Assembly (NCBI GenBank): GCA_963749445.1
Contig: CAVVMJ010000005.1
Coordinates: 34,915 to 98,914, forward strand
DNA length: 64,000 nt
Source: an uncultured bacterium
GTDB taxonomy: Bacteria; Patescibacteriota; Doudnabacteria; UBA920
Reading direction: 5' to 3'
In this document: piece after piece, positions 31,783 through 42,690 of the stretch
Numbering within the stretch: position 1 is the stretch's first letter
How the letters are laid out: each line of letters starts with the position of its first letter
The notes under the pieces: model-generated
Database searches by the model: none
Seen by the model: the letters and a program-made list of their open reading frames with translations, nothing else
Told to the model about the DNA's origin: nothing
Position numbers and translations under genes: made by a program

Positions 31783-34266
31783 ATGACAGACAAAAGAGAA
31801 GGCAAATTCATACTTTGGTTTGACCAAATTAAAAAAGACGACGTGCCTTTGGTAGGCGGCAAGAACGCCAACTTGGGGGAGATGTACCAGAATCTGACTC
31901 AGGCGGAAAGCAAAATTTTTCCGGGCGAAAAAATTTCCGTGCCTTACGGGTTTGCCGTAACGGCTGCGGCTTATGCGCATTTTATCAAGGAAAATGTTTT
32001 AGACGCCAAAATCCGCGAAACTTTGGCCGATTTGGACACGCATAACATCAAACAGCTGGAAGACAAGGGCCAAAAGGTCAGGCAACTGATTTTGGAGGCC
32101 AGTTTTCCGGCGGATTTGGAAAAAGAAATTAAGACGGCTTTTGCCGAGCTGGGCAAGAAATTAAAACTAGCCCCAAATAATCTGGATGTGGCAGTCCGCT
32201 CCTGCGCCACTGCCGAAGACTTACCGGACGCCAGTTTTGCCGGCCAGCAGGAAAGCTATTTGAATATCCGCGGCGACCACGAGCTTATGGAAGCCATTAA
32301 AAAAGCCTTCGCTTCGCTGTTCACCAACCGGGCCATTTCCTATCGCGTGGACCAAAAATTTGACCACTTTGCGGTTAAGCTGTCCGTAGCCGTGCAAAAA
32401 ATGGCGCAGAAGCGACCGCGGCGTGAGCGGCGTGATGTTTACCATAGACACTGAGAGCGGCTTTAAAGATTTGGTTTTGATTAACGCGTCCTGGGGCTTG
32501 GGCGAATTCGTGGTCAAGGGCGTGGTCACGCCGGACGAATTTAAAGTTTTTAAGCCCACGCTGAAAAAGGGTTTTAAATCCATCATCAGCAAAACAATCG
32601 GCAGCAAGGAAAAAAAGTTGATCTACGCCAGCGAAGGCATCAGTCCGACCAAGGAGTTGCCCGTGGCCGGACGCCGACCGCCACAGTTTTACTTTAACGG
32701 ACGACCAAATTTTAAAATTGGCCAAATGGGCGATACCATCATTGAAGACCACTACAAACGCCCAATGGACATTGAGTGGGCGTTTGACGGCGTGCAAAAG
32801 GAATTGTTCATTGTCCAGGCGCGGCCGGAAACTGTGCAGGCCAGAAAAGACGTCAAGGTTTTGGAAGAGTATTGTGATGAAAGAAAAAGGCAACGTGATT
32901 TGCCAGGGCGCGGCCGTGGGCGCGAAAATCGGCCAGGGTAAAGCCCACTATATTAAGGACGCCACGCAGCTTTCGGAATTCAAAAAGGGCGAAGTTTTGG
33001 TTACGGAAATTACCGACCCGGACTGGGAGCCGATTATGAAAATTGCCTCAGCCATCGTGACCAACAGCGGCGGCAGGACAAGCCATGCGGCCATTGTGTC
33101 GCGCGAGCTGGGCATTCCGGCCATTGTGGGCACCGGCAATGCCACCGAGGTTTTAAAAACCGGCATGGAAATTACCGTGTCCTGCGCCGAAGGCGAAATC
33201 GGCAAAGTTTACGCCGGCTTTTTGAAGTATGAAGTGCATTAAGACCGATTTGACCGACTTTAAGCCGCCCAAAACCGACATCAAAATGATAGCCGCCGAC
33301 CCGGAACTGGCTTTTAGCCATTCCTTTTTGCCGCAGCGGGGCGTGGGGTTGGCCAGGAAGAATTTATAATTTCCAATTTTATAAAAATCCATCCCAACGC
33401 CTTATTGATTACGACAAGCTGGCGGACAAAAAAGTTAAAGAGCAGATTGACGAGCTCACGGTCGGGCTACCCGGACAAGGTACAATATTATTGTGGAAAA
33501 ATTTTCTTACGGCATTGCGCCAACTGGCCGCGGCGTTTTATCCTTTTGACGTGCTGTTGAGGTTTTCCGATTTTAAGACCAATGAATACGCCAACTTAAT
33601 CGGCGGCAAATTGTACGAGCCGGAAGAGGAAAACCCGATGATGGGCTGGCGCGGGGCGAGCCGTTATTATGACCCTAAATTTGAAAAAGCGTTTTCTTTG
33701 GAAGTGGCAGGCCGTTAAACTGGTGCGCGAAGAAATGGGCTTGTGGAATTTGAGCGTGATGATTCCGTTCTGCCGCACGCCGGAGGAAGGCCAAAAAGTC
33801 GTGGACACTCATGGTCAAATACGGGCTGACCAACCGCATTAAGCCGGCTGACCGCAAGAAAAAGAAGAACGGCGATTTGGTGGAGGCTTACGAGTGCTGG
33901 GTGATGGCGGAAATTCCCTCCAACATTTTGCAGGTGGACGAGTTCGCGGAAATATTTGACGGCTTTTCCATCGGCTCCAACGATTTGACGCAGTTAACCC
34001 TTGGGCTGGACCGTGATAATAAAACGATTGCCCCGATAGGAAACGAACGCAACAAATCCGTCCATAAACTTATCGGCATTCTGATTCCCGAGGCGCACAA
34101 GCGCGGCCTTAAAGTCGGTATCTGCGGCCAGGGCCCCTCTGACTTCCCGGACTTTGGCGAATTCCTGGTCGGCCTTGGCATAGATTCCATCTCCCTTAAC
34201 CCCGACACCGTAATGAAAGCCACGGTCAAGATTAAGGAAGTGGAAGAGAAGCTGGGGAAGAAGTAG
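31783..34266 (+). pseudogene. ppsA: Phosphoenolpyruvate synthase (pyruvate, water dikinase), disrupted by at least five frameshifts
   Basis: All PpsA domains are present but spread over five ORFs in three frames. They include ATP-grasp, [18 protein letters not shown] phosphohistidine, [13 protein letters not shown], and the PEP-utilising C-terminus. Frame changes are near 32405, 32880, 33235, 33395, 33705 and 33795. Confidence 0.75.
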
Positions 34267-34343
34267 ATAACGGTAATTGATAATAATAAGGGCCAACCGT
34301 ACGGCTGGCCCTTTAAAGTTGCCTTGAATTTTTAGCCCATTCG

Positions 34344-34658
34344 GTGTATGATATTTGTATGGATTCAAATATTCAACAAATTAAACAGTTATGCGAGCCG
34401 GTGTTTCGCCGTTTCCGGATTAAACGCGCCGGCGTTTTTGGCAGTTACGCCAGAGGAGAGCAACGCAAAGACAGCGATGTGGATCTTTTAGTGGAGATGG
34501 ATTTGTCTTATGATTTGCTTGACTTTATTAAATTTAAACGGGAGCTGGAAAATAGCTTGAGCAGAAAAGTCGATGTAGTTGAATATAGTGCTATCAAGCC
34601 TGTTATCCGGCAAAATATTTTAAATTCCGAAGTCGTAATTTATGAACCACAACTATAA
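34344..34658 (+). CDS. Minimal nucleotidyltransferase (MntA-like antitoxin)
   Basis: GSYARGEQRKDSDVDLLVE pol-beta-type NTase motif. Confidence 0.7.
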   Translation: MYDICMDSNIQQIKQLCEPVFRRFRIKRAGVFGSYARGEQRKDSDVDLLVEMDLSYDLLDFIKFKRELENSLSRKVDVVEYSAIKPVIRQNILNSEVVIYEPQL

Positions 34659-34992
34659 ATCCGCAGAACTTTATTTGCAGGATATTTTAGAGAGTATAGG
34701 CATTCTTGAGGATTATGTCGCTGGCAAGACTTGGGAAGATTTTAATTCCGATGTGGGCTTGCAGGACAAGGTTATCCGAAGAGTGGAAATTATCGGTGAA
34801 GCGGCAAAATACGTTACGGAAGAAATGCGGCAAAGCACGCCGGAGATTCCCTGGACGCTGATTACCGATATGCGCAACGTACTGATTCACGAGTATTTTG
34901 GCATAGACTTAAATCGCGTTTGGACAGTAATACAAGGGACGAAGTTAAAGGAATTAAAAGTCAGCGTGGAGAGGTTGTTGCAGGATTTATGA
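34642..34992 (+). CDS. HepT-like HEPN toxin (DUF86)
   Basis: RNVLIHEY Rx4-6H HEPN motif. It overlaps the MNT gene by 17 nt, the classic type VII TA arrangement. Confidence 0.7.
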   Translation: MNHNYKSAELYLQDILESIGILEDYVAGKTWEDFNSDVGLQDKVIRRVEIIGEAAKYVTEEMRQSTPEIPWTLITDMRNVLIHEYFGIDLNRVWTVIQGTKLKELKVSVERLLQDL

Positions 34993-35024
34993 TTCAAGCT
35001 GATAATAAGTTTTAAATATAGTAT

Positions 35025-36014
35025 ATGCCAGAAAATTTAACATACTTGGAGATAGCCTATAAAATTTTGAGTGAGGAGCCGAAGCTCAAGGAGATACACT
35101 ATCGCGATTTAGCAAATAAAGCTTTTGATTTAGGGTTAATAGAAAGCGATGATTTAATTATTGCAGGAAATATTGCTTCCGCGATTAATGCCGATATAAG
35201 GAAGTCAAAATCACAAGGGACCGAGTCAAAATTTATTTCTTTTGGGAATGGTTTATATGGGTTATCAGAATACGAGCCAAAAGGAATCTTTGCAGACATA
35301 AGAAATAAAAATCAGGCGGTAAAAAAGCAGTTATTAGAAGCATTGCATGCGATGCATCCTTCTAAATTTGAAGAATTGGTAGGAGAAGTTTTAAGGAATC
35401 TTGGGTTTGAAAAGGTTCAAATTACTGGTAAAACAGGGGATGGTGGAATTGACGTAACTGGTGAGTTGATTGTTGCGGGTATAATAAGAAATAACGTTTC
35501 CGTTCAAGTTAAGAGATGGAGAAATAATGTTCAGAGGGCTAGTATTTCCGAGTTAAGAGGGAGTTTAAGGCCGCATCAGACTGGTTTATTTATTACCACT
35601 TCTAATTTTTCAAAACAATCAGTTGAGGAAGCGGAAGATCCTTATAAAGCCCCAATTTCGTTAATGAACGGAAATGAACTTGTTGATTTACTTTGCGAAT
35701 TCGGTGTTGGCATAATTCTTGAAAAAGTTACCATTTATGATATTAATAAGAATGAAATAAATTTTGATTTTCCAGAATCGATCGCAACTGATGAAAAAGG
35801 AATTGAAATTTTTGCTAACTATAAAAATCATAAACATTTTGCAATCTATTTTTCCCCGACGAAAATTGTTTACGAAAATGAAGTTTATAATTCTCCTTCT
35901 GGCGCTGGAATGAAGGTGCAGAATGGATTGCCCGTGAATGGCTGGAAATTTTGGAAATTTACTGACGCAAAGACAGATAAAATTTATCCAATAGAAAGAC
36001 TTCGTAAAAAATAA
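35025..36014 (+). CDS. Mrr-like restriction endonuclease (N-terminal HARE-HTH/Mrr_N plus Mrr_cat) with an extra C-terminal domain
   Basis: FEELVGEVLRNLGFEKVQITGKTGDGGIDVTG ... VQVKRW match the Mrr catalytic core. The gene is AT-rich. Confidence 0.7.
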   Translation: MPENLTYLEIAYKILSEEPKLKEIHYRDLANKAFDLGLIESDDLIIAGNIASAINADIRKSKSQGTESKFISFGNGLYGLSEYEPKGIFADIRNKNQAVKKQLLEALHAMHPSKFEELVGEVLRNLGFEKVQITGKTGDGGIDVTGELIVAGIIRNNVSVQVKRWRNNVQRASISELRGSLRPHQTGLFITTSNFSKQSVEEAEDPYKAPISLMNGNELVDLLCEFGVGIILEKVTIYDINKNEINFDFPESIATDEKGIEIFANYKNHKHFAIYFSPTKIVYENEVYNSPSGAGMKVQNGLPVNGWKFWKFTDAKTDKIYPIERLRKK

Positions 36015-36018
36015 AATT

Positions 36019-36186
36019 ATGACAAAACAATATATAAAGAAAATTATAAAAAAAGAATTCCAAGAAATTGGCAGAGAGTATAAAGATTGCAATTGGAAAG
36101 AATACGGTATAGATGAGGATCAGGCAGAGGTATATAACCGAGGCTGGCATGATGCATATCGGAGTATATTATCAATGTTAGAGTAG
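36019..36186 (+). CDS. Small hypothetical protein (55 aa) immediately downstream of the Mrr-like gene
   Basis: ORF MTKQYIKKIIKKEFQEIGREYKDC..., 4 nt after the Mrr stop. It is below the ORF-track size cut-off and was found by reading. Confidence 0.25.
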   Translation: MTKQYIKKIIKKEFQEIGREYKDCNWKEYGIDEDQAEVYNRGWHDAYRSILSMLE

Positions 36187-36244
36187 TATCGAGAAGTGTG
36201 TACGGGTTTTGAGACTTCCTGGTTATTCAGAAAAAGCGAAATAC

Positions 36245-36273
36245 AAAAGCCCTGACATTAAGTCGGGGCTTTT
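36245..36273 (-). terminator. Rho-independent terminator downstream of tRNA-Ser
   Basis: The minus-strand hairpin AAAGCCCCGAC/GTCAGGGCTTT is followed by TTGTATTT. Confidence 0.45.
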
Positions 36274-36274
36274 G

Positions 36275-36364
36275 TGGCGGAAGCGGAGGGATTCGAACCC
36301 TCGAAGCCTTTGACAGCTTGCGCGCTTTCCAAGCGCGTGCACTAGACCACTATGCGACGCTTCC
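36275..36364 (-). tRNA. tRNA-Ser (anticodon GGA)
   Basis: Cloverleaf GGAAGCG/CGCTTCC acceptor, anticodon stem CGCGC/GCGCG with loop TTGGAAA, long variable arm, T-arm GAGGGTTCGAATCCCTC, and CCA encoded. Confidence 0.8.
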
Positions 36365-36500
36365 TTATGGTCAAAACTTTCATCATTTTAACATAAAATC
36401 AACGGTTCTGTCGAGGTTGCGGTAAACATCAGATGCGGCTAAAATAGAGGTATACATTGATTTATCACCCCTCCCTAACCCTCCCCATCAAGGGGAGGGA

Positions 36501-38276
36501 ATGAAAAATATGGCGTATAACGACCCGACATTACAGGAGATTAAAGATCGGCTGAATATCGCGGATGTGATTTCCTCTTATATCCAAATTAAAAAAGCGG
36601 GCAGCAGTTTTAAGGCGCTGTGCCCGTTTCATAGTGAAAAGACGCCGTCTTTGCAAATTTCCCCGCAAAAACAGATTTGGCACTGTTTTGGCTGCGGCGA
36701 AGGCGGGGATATTTTTGGGTTTGTGATGCGTTATGAGAACGTGGATTTTAAGGAAGCGTTGAAAATTTTGGCTGACAAGGCAGGCGTGCAGTTGCCACAA
36801 TACCGGCCGGCTGACCCAAGAGAACAAAGCGAAAAAGAATTATTATTGCGCATCAATGATTTTGCCTCGCGTTTTTATCACAAGATTTTGCTTGAGGACA
36901 AGGCAGGCGGCCCGGCTTTGGAGTATTTAAAAAATCGCGGATTGACCGAAGGCACTATCAAACAGTGGCAAATCGGTTATGCGCCAGATGATTTTTACGC
37001 GCTGGAGCAGGCGCTCACCAAAAAGAAAGTTTCTCCTGAGGATATGGTCAAAGCCGGAGTTTCGGCCAAGAATGAGCGGGGACAAATTTATGACAGATTC
37101 CGCGGCCGCGTAACTTTCCCGATTTTTTCCTACATGGGCGACGTGGTCGGTTTTTCCGCCAGAATTTTGCATGATGATGGGAAATCAGCGAAATACATTA
37201 ATTCCCCCGAGACGTTAATATATAATAAGAGCCAGACTTTGTTTGGCCTGAATTTTGCCAAGGACGAAATCCGCAGAAAGGACGAGATGGTCATCGTAGA
37301 AGGGCAAATGGATTGCATTAGCCTGCAACAGGCGGGGTTTAAAAACGTTATTGCTTCCAGCGGTATTGCTTACAATGAGCAGGCCGTGGCCTTTACCCTG
37401 GCTCATCGGTTGAGCAAAAATATCAAATTGTGTTTTGACGCGGATTCCGCCGGACAAATGGCTGTAAAAAAAGCCGGGGAAATGTTAGTTAGATTGGGTT
37501 TTCGGGTAAAGGTGGTAGTTTTGGAACAGGTCAAAGACCCCGACGAACTGGTACGCAAAAGCCCGGGGTTGTGGGAAAAAGCCGTGGCCGAGGCGGTGTG
37601 GTTTTTGGATTTGCAAATGGATATTGCCGAAAAAAAGTTTGCCCAAGACCCAGTTGCGCAAAAACATTACTTGAGCGAGGAAGTAATACCTCTGCTGGGC
37701 GCCGTTACCGATCCTTTGGAGCAGGACCATTATGTGCGCAAGCTCATGGAAAAATTTAATATTTCCGAGCGGGTCATAAGGGACCAAATCAACAAATTCG
37801 GTTCCGGCAAGCCGAACAATCAAGCCAAAAAAATAGAAACCGCCGATGTCTTGTTCCGGCCGAATGTTTTGGAGAAGGAAATCTTAGGCGGATTGTTGGT
37901 TTATCCGGAATTTAAGGCAATGGTCTTAAGCCAAATTGCCGAGGATGAATTTGAAGATCCGGTTATCAAGGATTTTATCAGGAAGCTCTTAGCCAAAGAT
38001 GAAGCAGCCGCGGCGCGGGAGACAGTAGCCAAAGAAGCGGTGTTTATGGTAGAATCACAACGAGACGTATTGGAAGGCGGTGCCGGGCAGCAACTCCGTG
38101 AATTGAAAAAATCTTTCGCTTTGTTTAAGGTTAACGCGCTCAAGCGCAAACAGCAGCGGCTGAATTTGGACATTCGGCAGGCAGAGGCCACCGGAGAAAA
38201 GCAGGCCTTGGAAAAGTTAAACAGGGAATTCGCCTGGCTTTCCGAAGAGCGGATGAGGTTTGAAAAATTAACATAG
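36501..38276 (+). CDS. dnaG: DNA primase
   Basis: Zinc-binding CPFHSEKTPS...CFGCG and a TOPRIM domain. Confidence 0.9.
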   Translation: MKNMAYNDPTLQEIKDRLNIADVISSYIQIKKAGSSFKALCPFHSEKTPSLQISPQKQIWHCFGCGEGGDIFGFVMRYENVDFKEALKILADKAGVQLPQYRPADPREQSEKELLLRINDFASRFYHKILLEDKAGGPALEYLKNRGLTEGTIKQWQIGYAPDDFYALEQALTKKKVSPEDMVKAGVSAKNERGQIYDRFRGRVTFPIFSYMGDVVGFSARILHDDGKSAKYINSPETLIYNKSQTLFGLNFAKDEIRRKDEMVIVEGQMDCISLQQAGFKNVIASSGIAYNEQAVAFTLAHRLSKNIKLCFDADSAGQMAVKKAGEMLVRLGFRVKVVVLEQVKDPDELVRKSPGLWEKAVAEAVWFLDLQMDIAEKKFAQDPVAQKHYLSEEVIPLLGAVTDPLEQDHYVRKLMEKFNISERVIRDQINKFGSGKPNNQAKKIETADVLFRPNVLEKEILGGLLVYPEFKAMVLSQIAEDEFEDPVIKDFIRKLLAKDEAAAARETVAKEAVFMVESQRDVLEGGAGQQLRELKKSFALFKVNALKRKQQRLNLDIRQAEATGEKQALEKLNREFAWLSEERMRFEKLT

Positions 38277-38400
38277 TAATCGCAAATGTACAAATCAACA
38301 CAAATATACAAATTGCCGCACAGTAGGTTGAAGTTTTGTTTAGGCGTCTACGTTTGATTTGTATATTTGTTAATATTTGTATATTTGCGAACACTACAAT

Positions 38401-39675
38401 ATGAAGAAGAAACCTGCAAAATTCAAGAAAAAGCGCGGCAATAAACCAAAACCGCGGCGCGTTAAGTTGGCGCGCAGAAAATCTGTAAAAATCAAACAAA
38501 AACCGACCGCCAAGGCGGCGGAAACGGTGCCTTTTGTCGTGGACGAAAAGACTTTGCGCAAGCTTATGGACAAGGCCAGCGAGCGCGGGTTTGTCACCGA
38601 AGCCGAGCTGCTCCACACTATGCCTCAGTTTGAAGACGACATTGGGGCGCTGGAGAAAGTTATGGACGATTTGGAAAAACGCGGCATTGAAATTGTTGAC
38701 CAGGAAGTCGCCTCGGTTTGGGAGCAGAATAAAAAGCCGGAAACCCCGGCGGAAACCAAACCGGGCAAGGGCAAAAAATCCCGCGGAGCGGGATCCGCCT
38801 CTGGCGGAAAGAAAGAAGACATGGTGGACGCTTTTGACCTTGGCGACATTTATGACGACTCCATCCAAATGTATTTGCGCGAAATCGGCAAGGTGCCGCT
38901 ACTCACCGGCGCAGAAGAAATAGATTTGGCCAAGCGCATCGGCAAAGGGGATGTGGCGGCCAAAAAAAAATTGACCGAAGCCAACTTGCGTTTGGTGGTA
39001 TCTATCGCAAAAAAATATATGGGCCGGAATTTGGGGCTTTTGGACTTAATCCAGGAGGGGAATTTGGGGCTGTTTAGGGCTGTGGAAAAATTTGACTGGA
39101 CCAAGGGCTACAAGTTTTCCACTTACGCCACCTGGTGGATCCGCCAGGCCATTACCCGCGCCTTGGCGGATCAATCGCGCACGATTAGAATCCCTGTCCA
39201 CATGGTGGAGACGTTGAACAAATATGCCCAGGCCGAACGATCGCTCGTCCAGGATTTGGGGCGCGAGCCTTTGCCCGAAGAAATCGCGGCGGAAATGGGC
39301 ATAGAGGTGGAAAAAGTTTACCATCTTAAAAAAATCTCCCAGGAAACCGTGTCCATTGACGCGCCCGTGGGCGAGGACGACGGCGAGGATTCATATCTCG
39401 GCGATTTTATTGTCGACGAAGACACCACCAAACCCAACGAAGTGGCCGGCCGGCAGATTTTAAAGGAATACGTGGGTAACGTGCTGAAAGATTTGGACCC
39501 GCGCGAACAGAAAATTTTAAAAATGCGTTTTGGCCTGGAAGACGGCGTGACCCACACCCTGGAAGAAGTCGGCGAGGAGTTCGGCGTCACCCGCGAGAGA
39601 ATACGCCAGATTGAATCAAAGGCTTTGGAGCGCATCCGAGAGCACATTGATATAAACAAGCTTAGGGATTACTAG
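38401..39675 (+). CDS. rpoD: RNA polymerase sigma factor RpoD (sigma-70)
   Basis: Regions 2-4 including [13 protein letters not shown] and the -35 recognition helix, with a basic low-complexity N-terminus. The ORF track start 38377 is probably upstream of the true start. Confidence 0.9.
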   Translation: MKKKPAKFKKKRGNKPKPRRVKLARRKSVKIKQKPTAKAAETVPFVVDEKTLRKLMDKASERGFVTEAELLHTMPQFEDDIGALEKVMDDLEKRGIEIVDQEVASVWEQNKKPETPAETKPGKGKKSRGAGSASGGKKEDMVDAFDLGDIYDDSIQMYLREIGKVPLLTGAEEIDLAKRIGKGDVAAKKKLTEANLRLVVSIAKKYMGRNLGLLDLIQEGNLGLFRAVEKFDWTKGYKFSTYATWWIRQAITRALADQSRTIRIPVHMVETLNKYAQAERSLVQDLGREPLPEEIAAEMGIEVEKVYHLKKISQETVSIDAPVGEDDGEDSYLGDFIVDEDTTKPNEVAGRQILKEYVGNVLKDLDPREQKILKMRFGLEDGVTHTLEEVGEEFGVTRERIRQIESKALERIREHIDINKLRDY

Positions 39676-39734
39676 AAAAGATATTTGTTGATATTGGGAT
39701 ATTAAGATAATGATTGTCGCCGATGTCAAATTTA

Positions 39735-39838
39735 GATTGATGGGCATCTTCGTGGTTCCACAATCGTTAACTGATAATCATCCGATGACGCTTGGTTGAG
39801 GCCTGGGGTTGTATTGGCACGAAGATGCCCATCAACTT
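39735..39838. repeat. Long inverted repeat (20-bp perfect arms GATTGATGGGCATCTTCGTG / CACGAAGATGCCCATCAA) around a 60-nt loop
   Basis: Direct reading. It sits just downstream of rpoD. Confidence 0.4.
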
Positions 39839-39863
39839 GAATCCGCATCGGTAAAATAATTTT

Positions 39864-40266
39864 AAATCCGCCTTAAAAAAAGGCGGATTTATGTTTTTGC
39901 TTTTTATAAAAGGTAGTTTCGCCGTTTAGTGGATAACTTTCTTGACCCTGATTTTTTACGGGGGTAAAATTAAGGCAGAAAGGAAGACAATAGATGCTAA
40001 AAGGTGTACCAGCAGGGTAGCTTTCCCAAGTCCTTGCGAATAAGCCTTATGGCCGGCTAGGCCAGCATGCATCAAGCATTAAAAAAGAACATCGCTATGG
40101 GGAAAGCTAACCCTTTATAAACCCAGCTCCAATTTCCTTTAATAAGGTGCGAGCTGGGTTTATGTTTGTCTTCAAAATTACGAAACACGATTTTATTTTA
40201 TCAAAAATTGGGGCTGGGTAAACTCCCTCACTCCATATTAGGATGAGGGAGTTTATGTTTGTCCTT
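39864..40266 (+). terminator. Three tandem hairpins, each followed by the conserved tail TTTATGTTT(T/G)(G/T)C (39864-39900, 40118-40172, 40219-40266)
   Basis: AAATCCGCC..GGCGGATTT, AAACCCAGCTC..GAGCTGGGTTT and TAAACTCCCTCA..GAGGGAGTTTA, each followed by ATGTTTTTGC or ATGTTTGTC. Confidence 0.4.
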
Positions 40267-40331
40267 AAACTCACAGTTGTGATTTTTATTTCATCTGAAA
40301 TTTGGGTTGAGTTTATTGTCCATGTTTGTGC

Positions 40332-41228
40332 TCAGTAGAATTTGTAGCCGATAAGTTTATAAACCAGTTTGGCAACCGTAAAATCCGGTGCGTGGAGGCC
40401 TTCTATCGGAGCTAGCTCTACCACGTCCGCGGCAATGACATTTTTGGATTTGTAAACGGCTTTGAGGATGTCAATCACCGGCCACCAAAGCAGACCGCCG
40501 GGTTCCGGCGTGCCGGTGGACGGCATTATGGACGGGTCAAAAACGTCTACGTCAAAACTGATGAACACATCGCGTGTGGAAATCGCACGGACAACATCGG
40601 CCGGCGTAAATTTGTCCCACGCCCAAAAGGTTGTTATCTGATTGCGGTTTTTTTTGCGAAAATTCCATTCGCCGTCCTGGTCAGAGAAACTGCGAACGCC
40701 GACCTGGACCAGTTTTTTTACCGGATACTTCATCAGCACCTGGCTCATGACCGCGCCGTGGTTGTATTTTCCGCCAATATAATAATTCAGGCGCGTGTCC
40801 GAGTGCGCGTCAAAATGCAGAATCGTAAAATTTTTATACTGCGCACACAGGCCCTTGACCGTGCCTTGGGTCAAGGAATGTTCGCCGCCCAAAATTACCG
40901 GAAATTTATTATCGGCAACCACGCGGCTGACCATCCCCGCCAAAAGATTTATGGCGGTTTTTTGATCTTTGGGGATGGCCGGCTGTTTAAGCGTGGCAAT
41001 GCCGCAACGGCTGAAGGGTTTTAACATTTGTTCATCCAATATTTCCATATAATGGCTGGCGGCGATTATGGCCGCGGGCCCGTTTTTGGTCCCGTGGCCG
41101 TAAGAAACCGTATTTTCCAAACCAAAAGGAATTACCGCGGCTTTGGCTTTTTGGTAGGCAACTTCAAAAATACCCCCTTGGTTAACGCCTAAAAAGCCAT
41201 TTTTCATTATTTTGATATCGGCATTCAT
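40332..41228 (-). CDS. Agmatinase / ureohydrolase family
   Basis: GGEHS, DAHSD and SFDVDVFDPS manganese-binding motifs. Confidence 0.7.
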   Translation of the reverse strand: MNADIKIMKNGFLGVNQGGIFEVAYQKAKAAVIPFGLENTVSYGHGTKNGPAAIIAASHYMEILDEQMLKPFSRCGIATLKQPAIPKDQKTAINLLAGMVSRVVADNKFPVILGGEHSLTQGTVKGLCAQYKNFTILHFDAHSDTRLNYYIGGKYNHGAVMSQVLMKYPVKKLVQVGVRSFSDQDGEWNFRKKNRNQITTFWAWDKFTPADVVRAISTRDVFISFDVDVFDPSIMPSTGTPEPGGLLWWPVIDILKAVYKSKNVIAADVVELAPIEGLHAPDFTVAKLVYKLIGYKFY

Positions 41229-41275
41229 AATACTATTTTACCTTATTTTTAAGGGGAAATCAACGCGTTTTTTTT

Positions 41276-42455
41276 ATGTCTAAAAAATGTTATAATCATT
41301 TCATGAGCATTAGTGAAATTAGAGATAATATAATTGGCTTTTTGTATCGTAACATACTTAAGCCGATTTTCTTTTTGATGGACGCGGAAAAAATTCACGA
41401 CCGGATGATTTTGGCGGGTAAAATTTTAGGCGGCAACCCGGTCACCAGGGGACTAACCGGACTGCTGTTCGGTTATCAGAATCCTAAGCTTACGCAAAAC
41501 ATCGCGGGGCTGCATTTTGAAAATCCCATTGGTTTGACCGCGGGATTTGACAAGGAAGCTTTTTTGCCGGGGCTTTTGCCCAGCGTGGGTTTTGGCTTTG
41601 AAGAGGCCGGGTCAATTACCGCTTTGCCGTTTGCGGGCAACGAGCGGCCGTGGATGTGGCGCCTGCCAGAGCAGCGGGCCTTGCGGGTTAACTACGGCCT
41701 TAAGAATTCCGGCGCGGTAAATATCCATAACCGTCTGTTTGGGAAAAAGTTTGGTTTTGTGCTGGGCATCAGCCTGGCCAAGACCAATTCCGAACAAACC
41801 TCGCACGTCCAAAGCGGCATAGCGGATTATTTTGAAAGTTATAGGATTTTTCAGGATGTCGGTGATTATTTTACCATCAATATCAGCTGTCCCAATACCA
41901 GCGAGCAAAGTCCGATTTTTGCCCAGCCGGAAAATTTGGATTTGCTTTTGGCCAGACTTTTCTCCATCCCCAAAACCAAGCCGGTATTCATTAAGCTGTC
42001 GCCCGATTTGCCACAAAGTCAGTTGGAAGTGGATTTTGGCGGTGGGACAAAAATATCCGGTTGATGGTTTTGTCTGCACCAATTTAACCAAAGTCAACGC
42101 GTCCAGCCATGCGGGCAAGGGCGGGTTTTCCGGCAAGGCGGTGGAAGAATTATCCAATCAGATGATAGCTAAAGTCTATAAATTTTATCACGGCCCATTC
42201 GACAGGGCTCAGGGCCGCCTCGAGCGTAGTCGAGATGGCGGCCAAAAAATCGTTATCGGCTGCGGCGGCGTGTTTTGTGCCGAGGATGCCTATAAAAAAA
42301 TCCGCCTGGGCGCGTCTTTAATCCAGCTGTTTACCGGTATGATTTTTCAGGGGCCGCAGCTGATTGGCGAAATTAACCGTGGGCTGATCCAGTTTTTACG
42401 GCGCGATAATTTTAACAACATTGCCGAGGCGGTGGGCGCGGATAACAAACCTTAA
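41276..42455 (+). pseudogene. pyrD: Dihydroorotate dehydrogenase (class 2) with a single +1 frameshift near 42030
   Basis: N-terminal ORF 41276..42064 and C-terminal ORF 41832..42455 together cover PyrD. Removing one G in GAAGTGGATTTT restores ...SQLEVILAVGQKYPVDGFVCTNLT... Confidence 0.65.
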
Positions 42456-42502
42456 TTTTAAATGATCGCGATATAAGGATTCCATAACTAAATAGATTTT
42501 CC

Positions 42503-42595
42503 ATCCCGACCGACGACGAGTGCATCCGACCCATTCGGCTTACGCTCAGGGTCGCCCCGAGTGAAATCGAGGGGCGAGGAGGAGCGGAGGGGTCT
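42503..42595. repeat. Intergenic palindromic element containing CGACGAGTGCATCCGA (the reverse complement of the acs insertion core)
   Basis: CGACCGACGACGAGTGCATCCGAC here versus TCGGATGCACTCGTCGGTCGG inside acs at about 17965. Confidence 0.45.
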
Positions 42596-42690
42596 GTTAA
42601 AGTAATAGATTCCTCGACTCCCCAGCACTTTCTGATTTGCCGATGATGCCCTGAAAGTGCCGGGTCGCTCGGAATGGAACTTAGAAATAA

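Noticed and set aside
39735-39838. SRP RNA / small structured RNA candidate in the long inverted repeat after rpoD
   Set aside because: Lacks the conserved SRP domain IV motifs. Retained only as a repeat feature.
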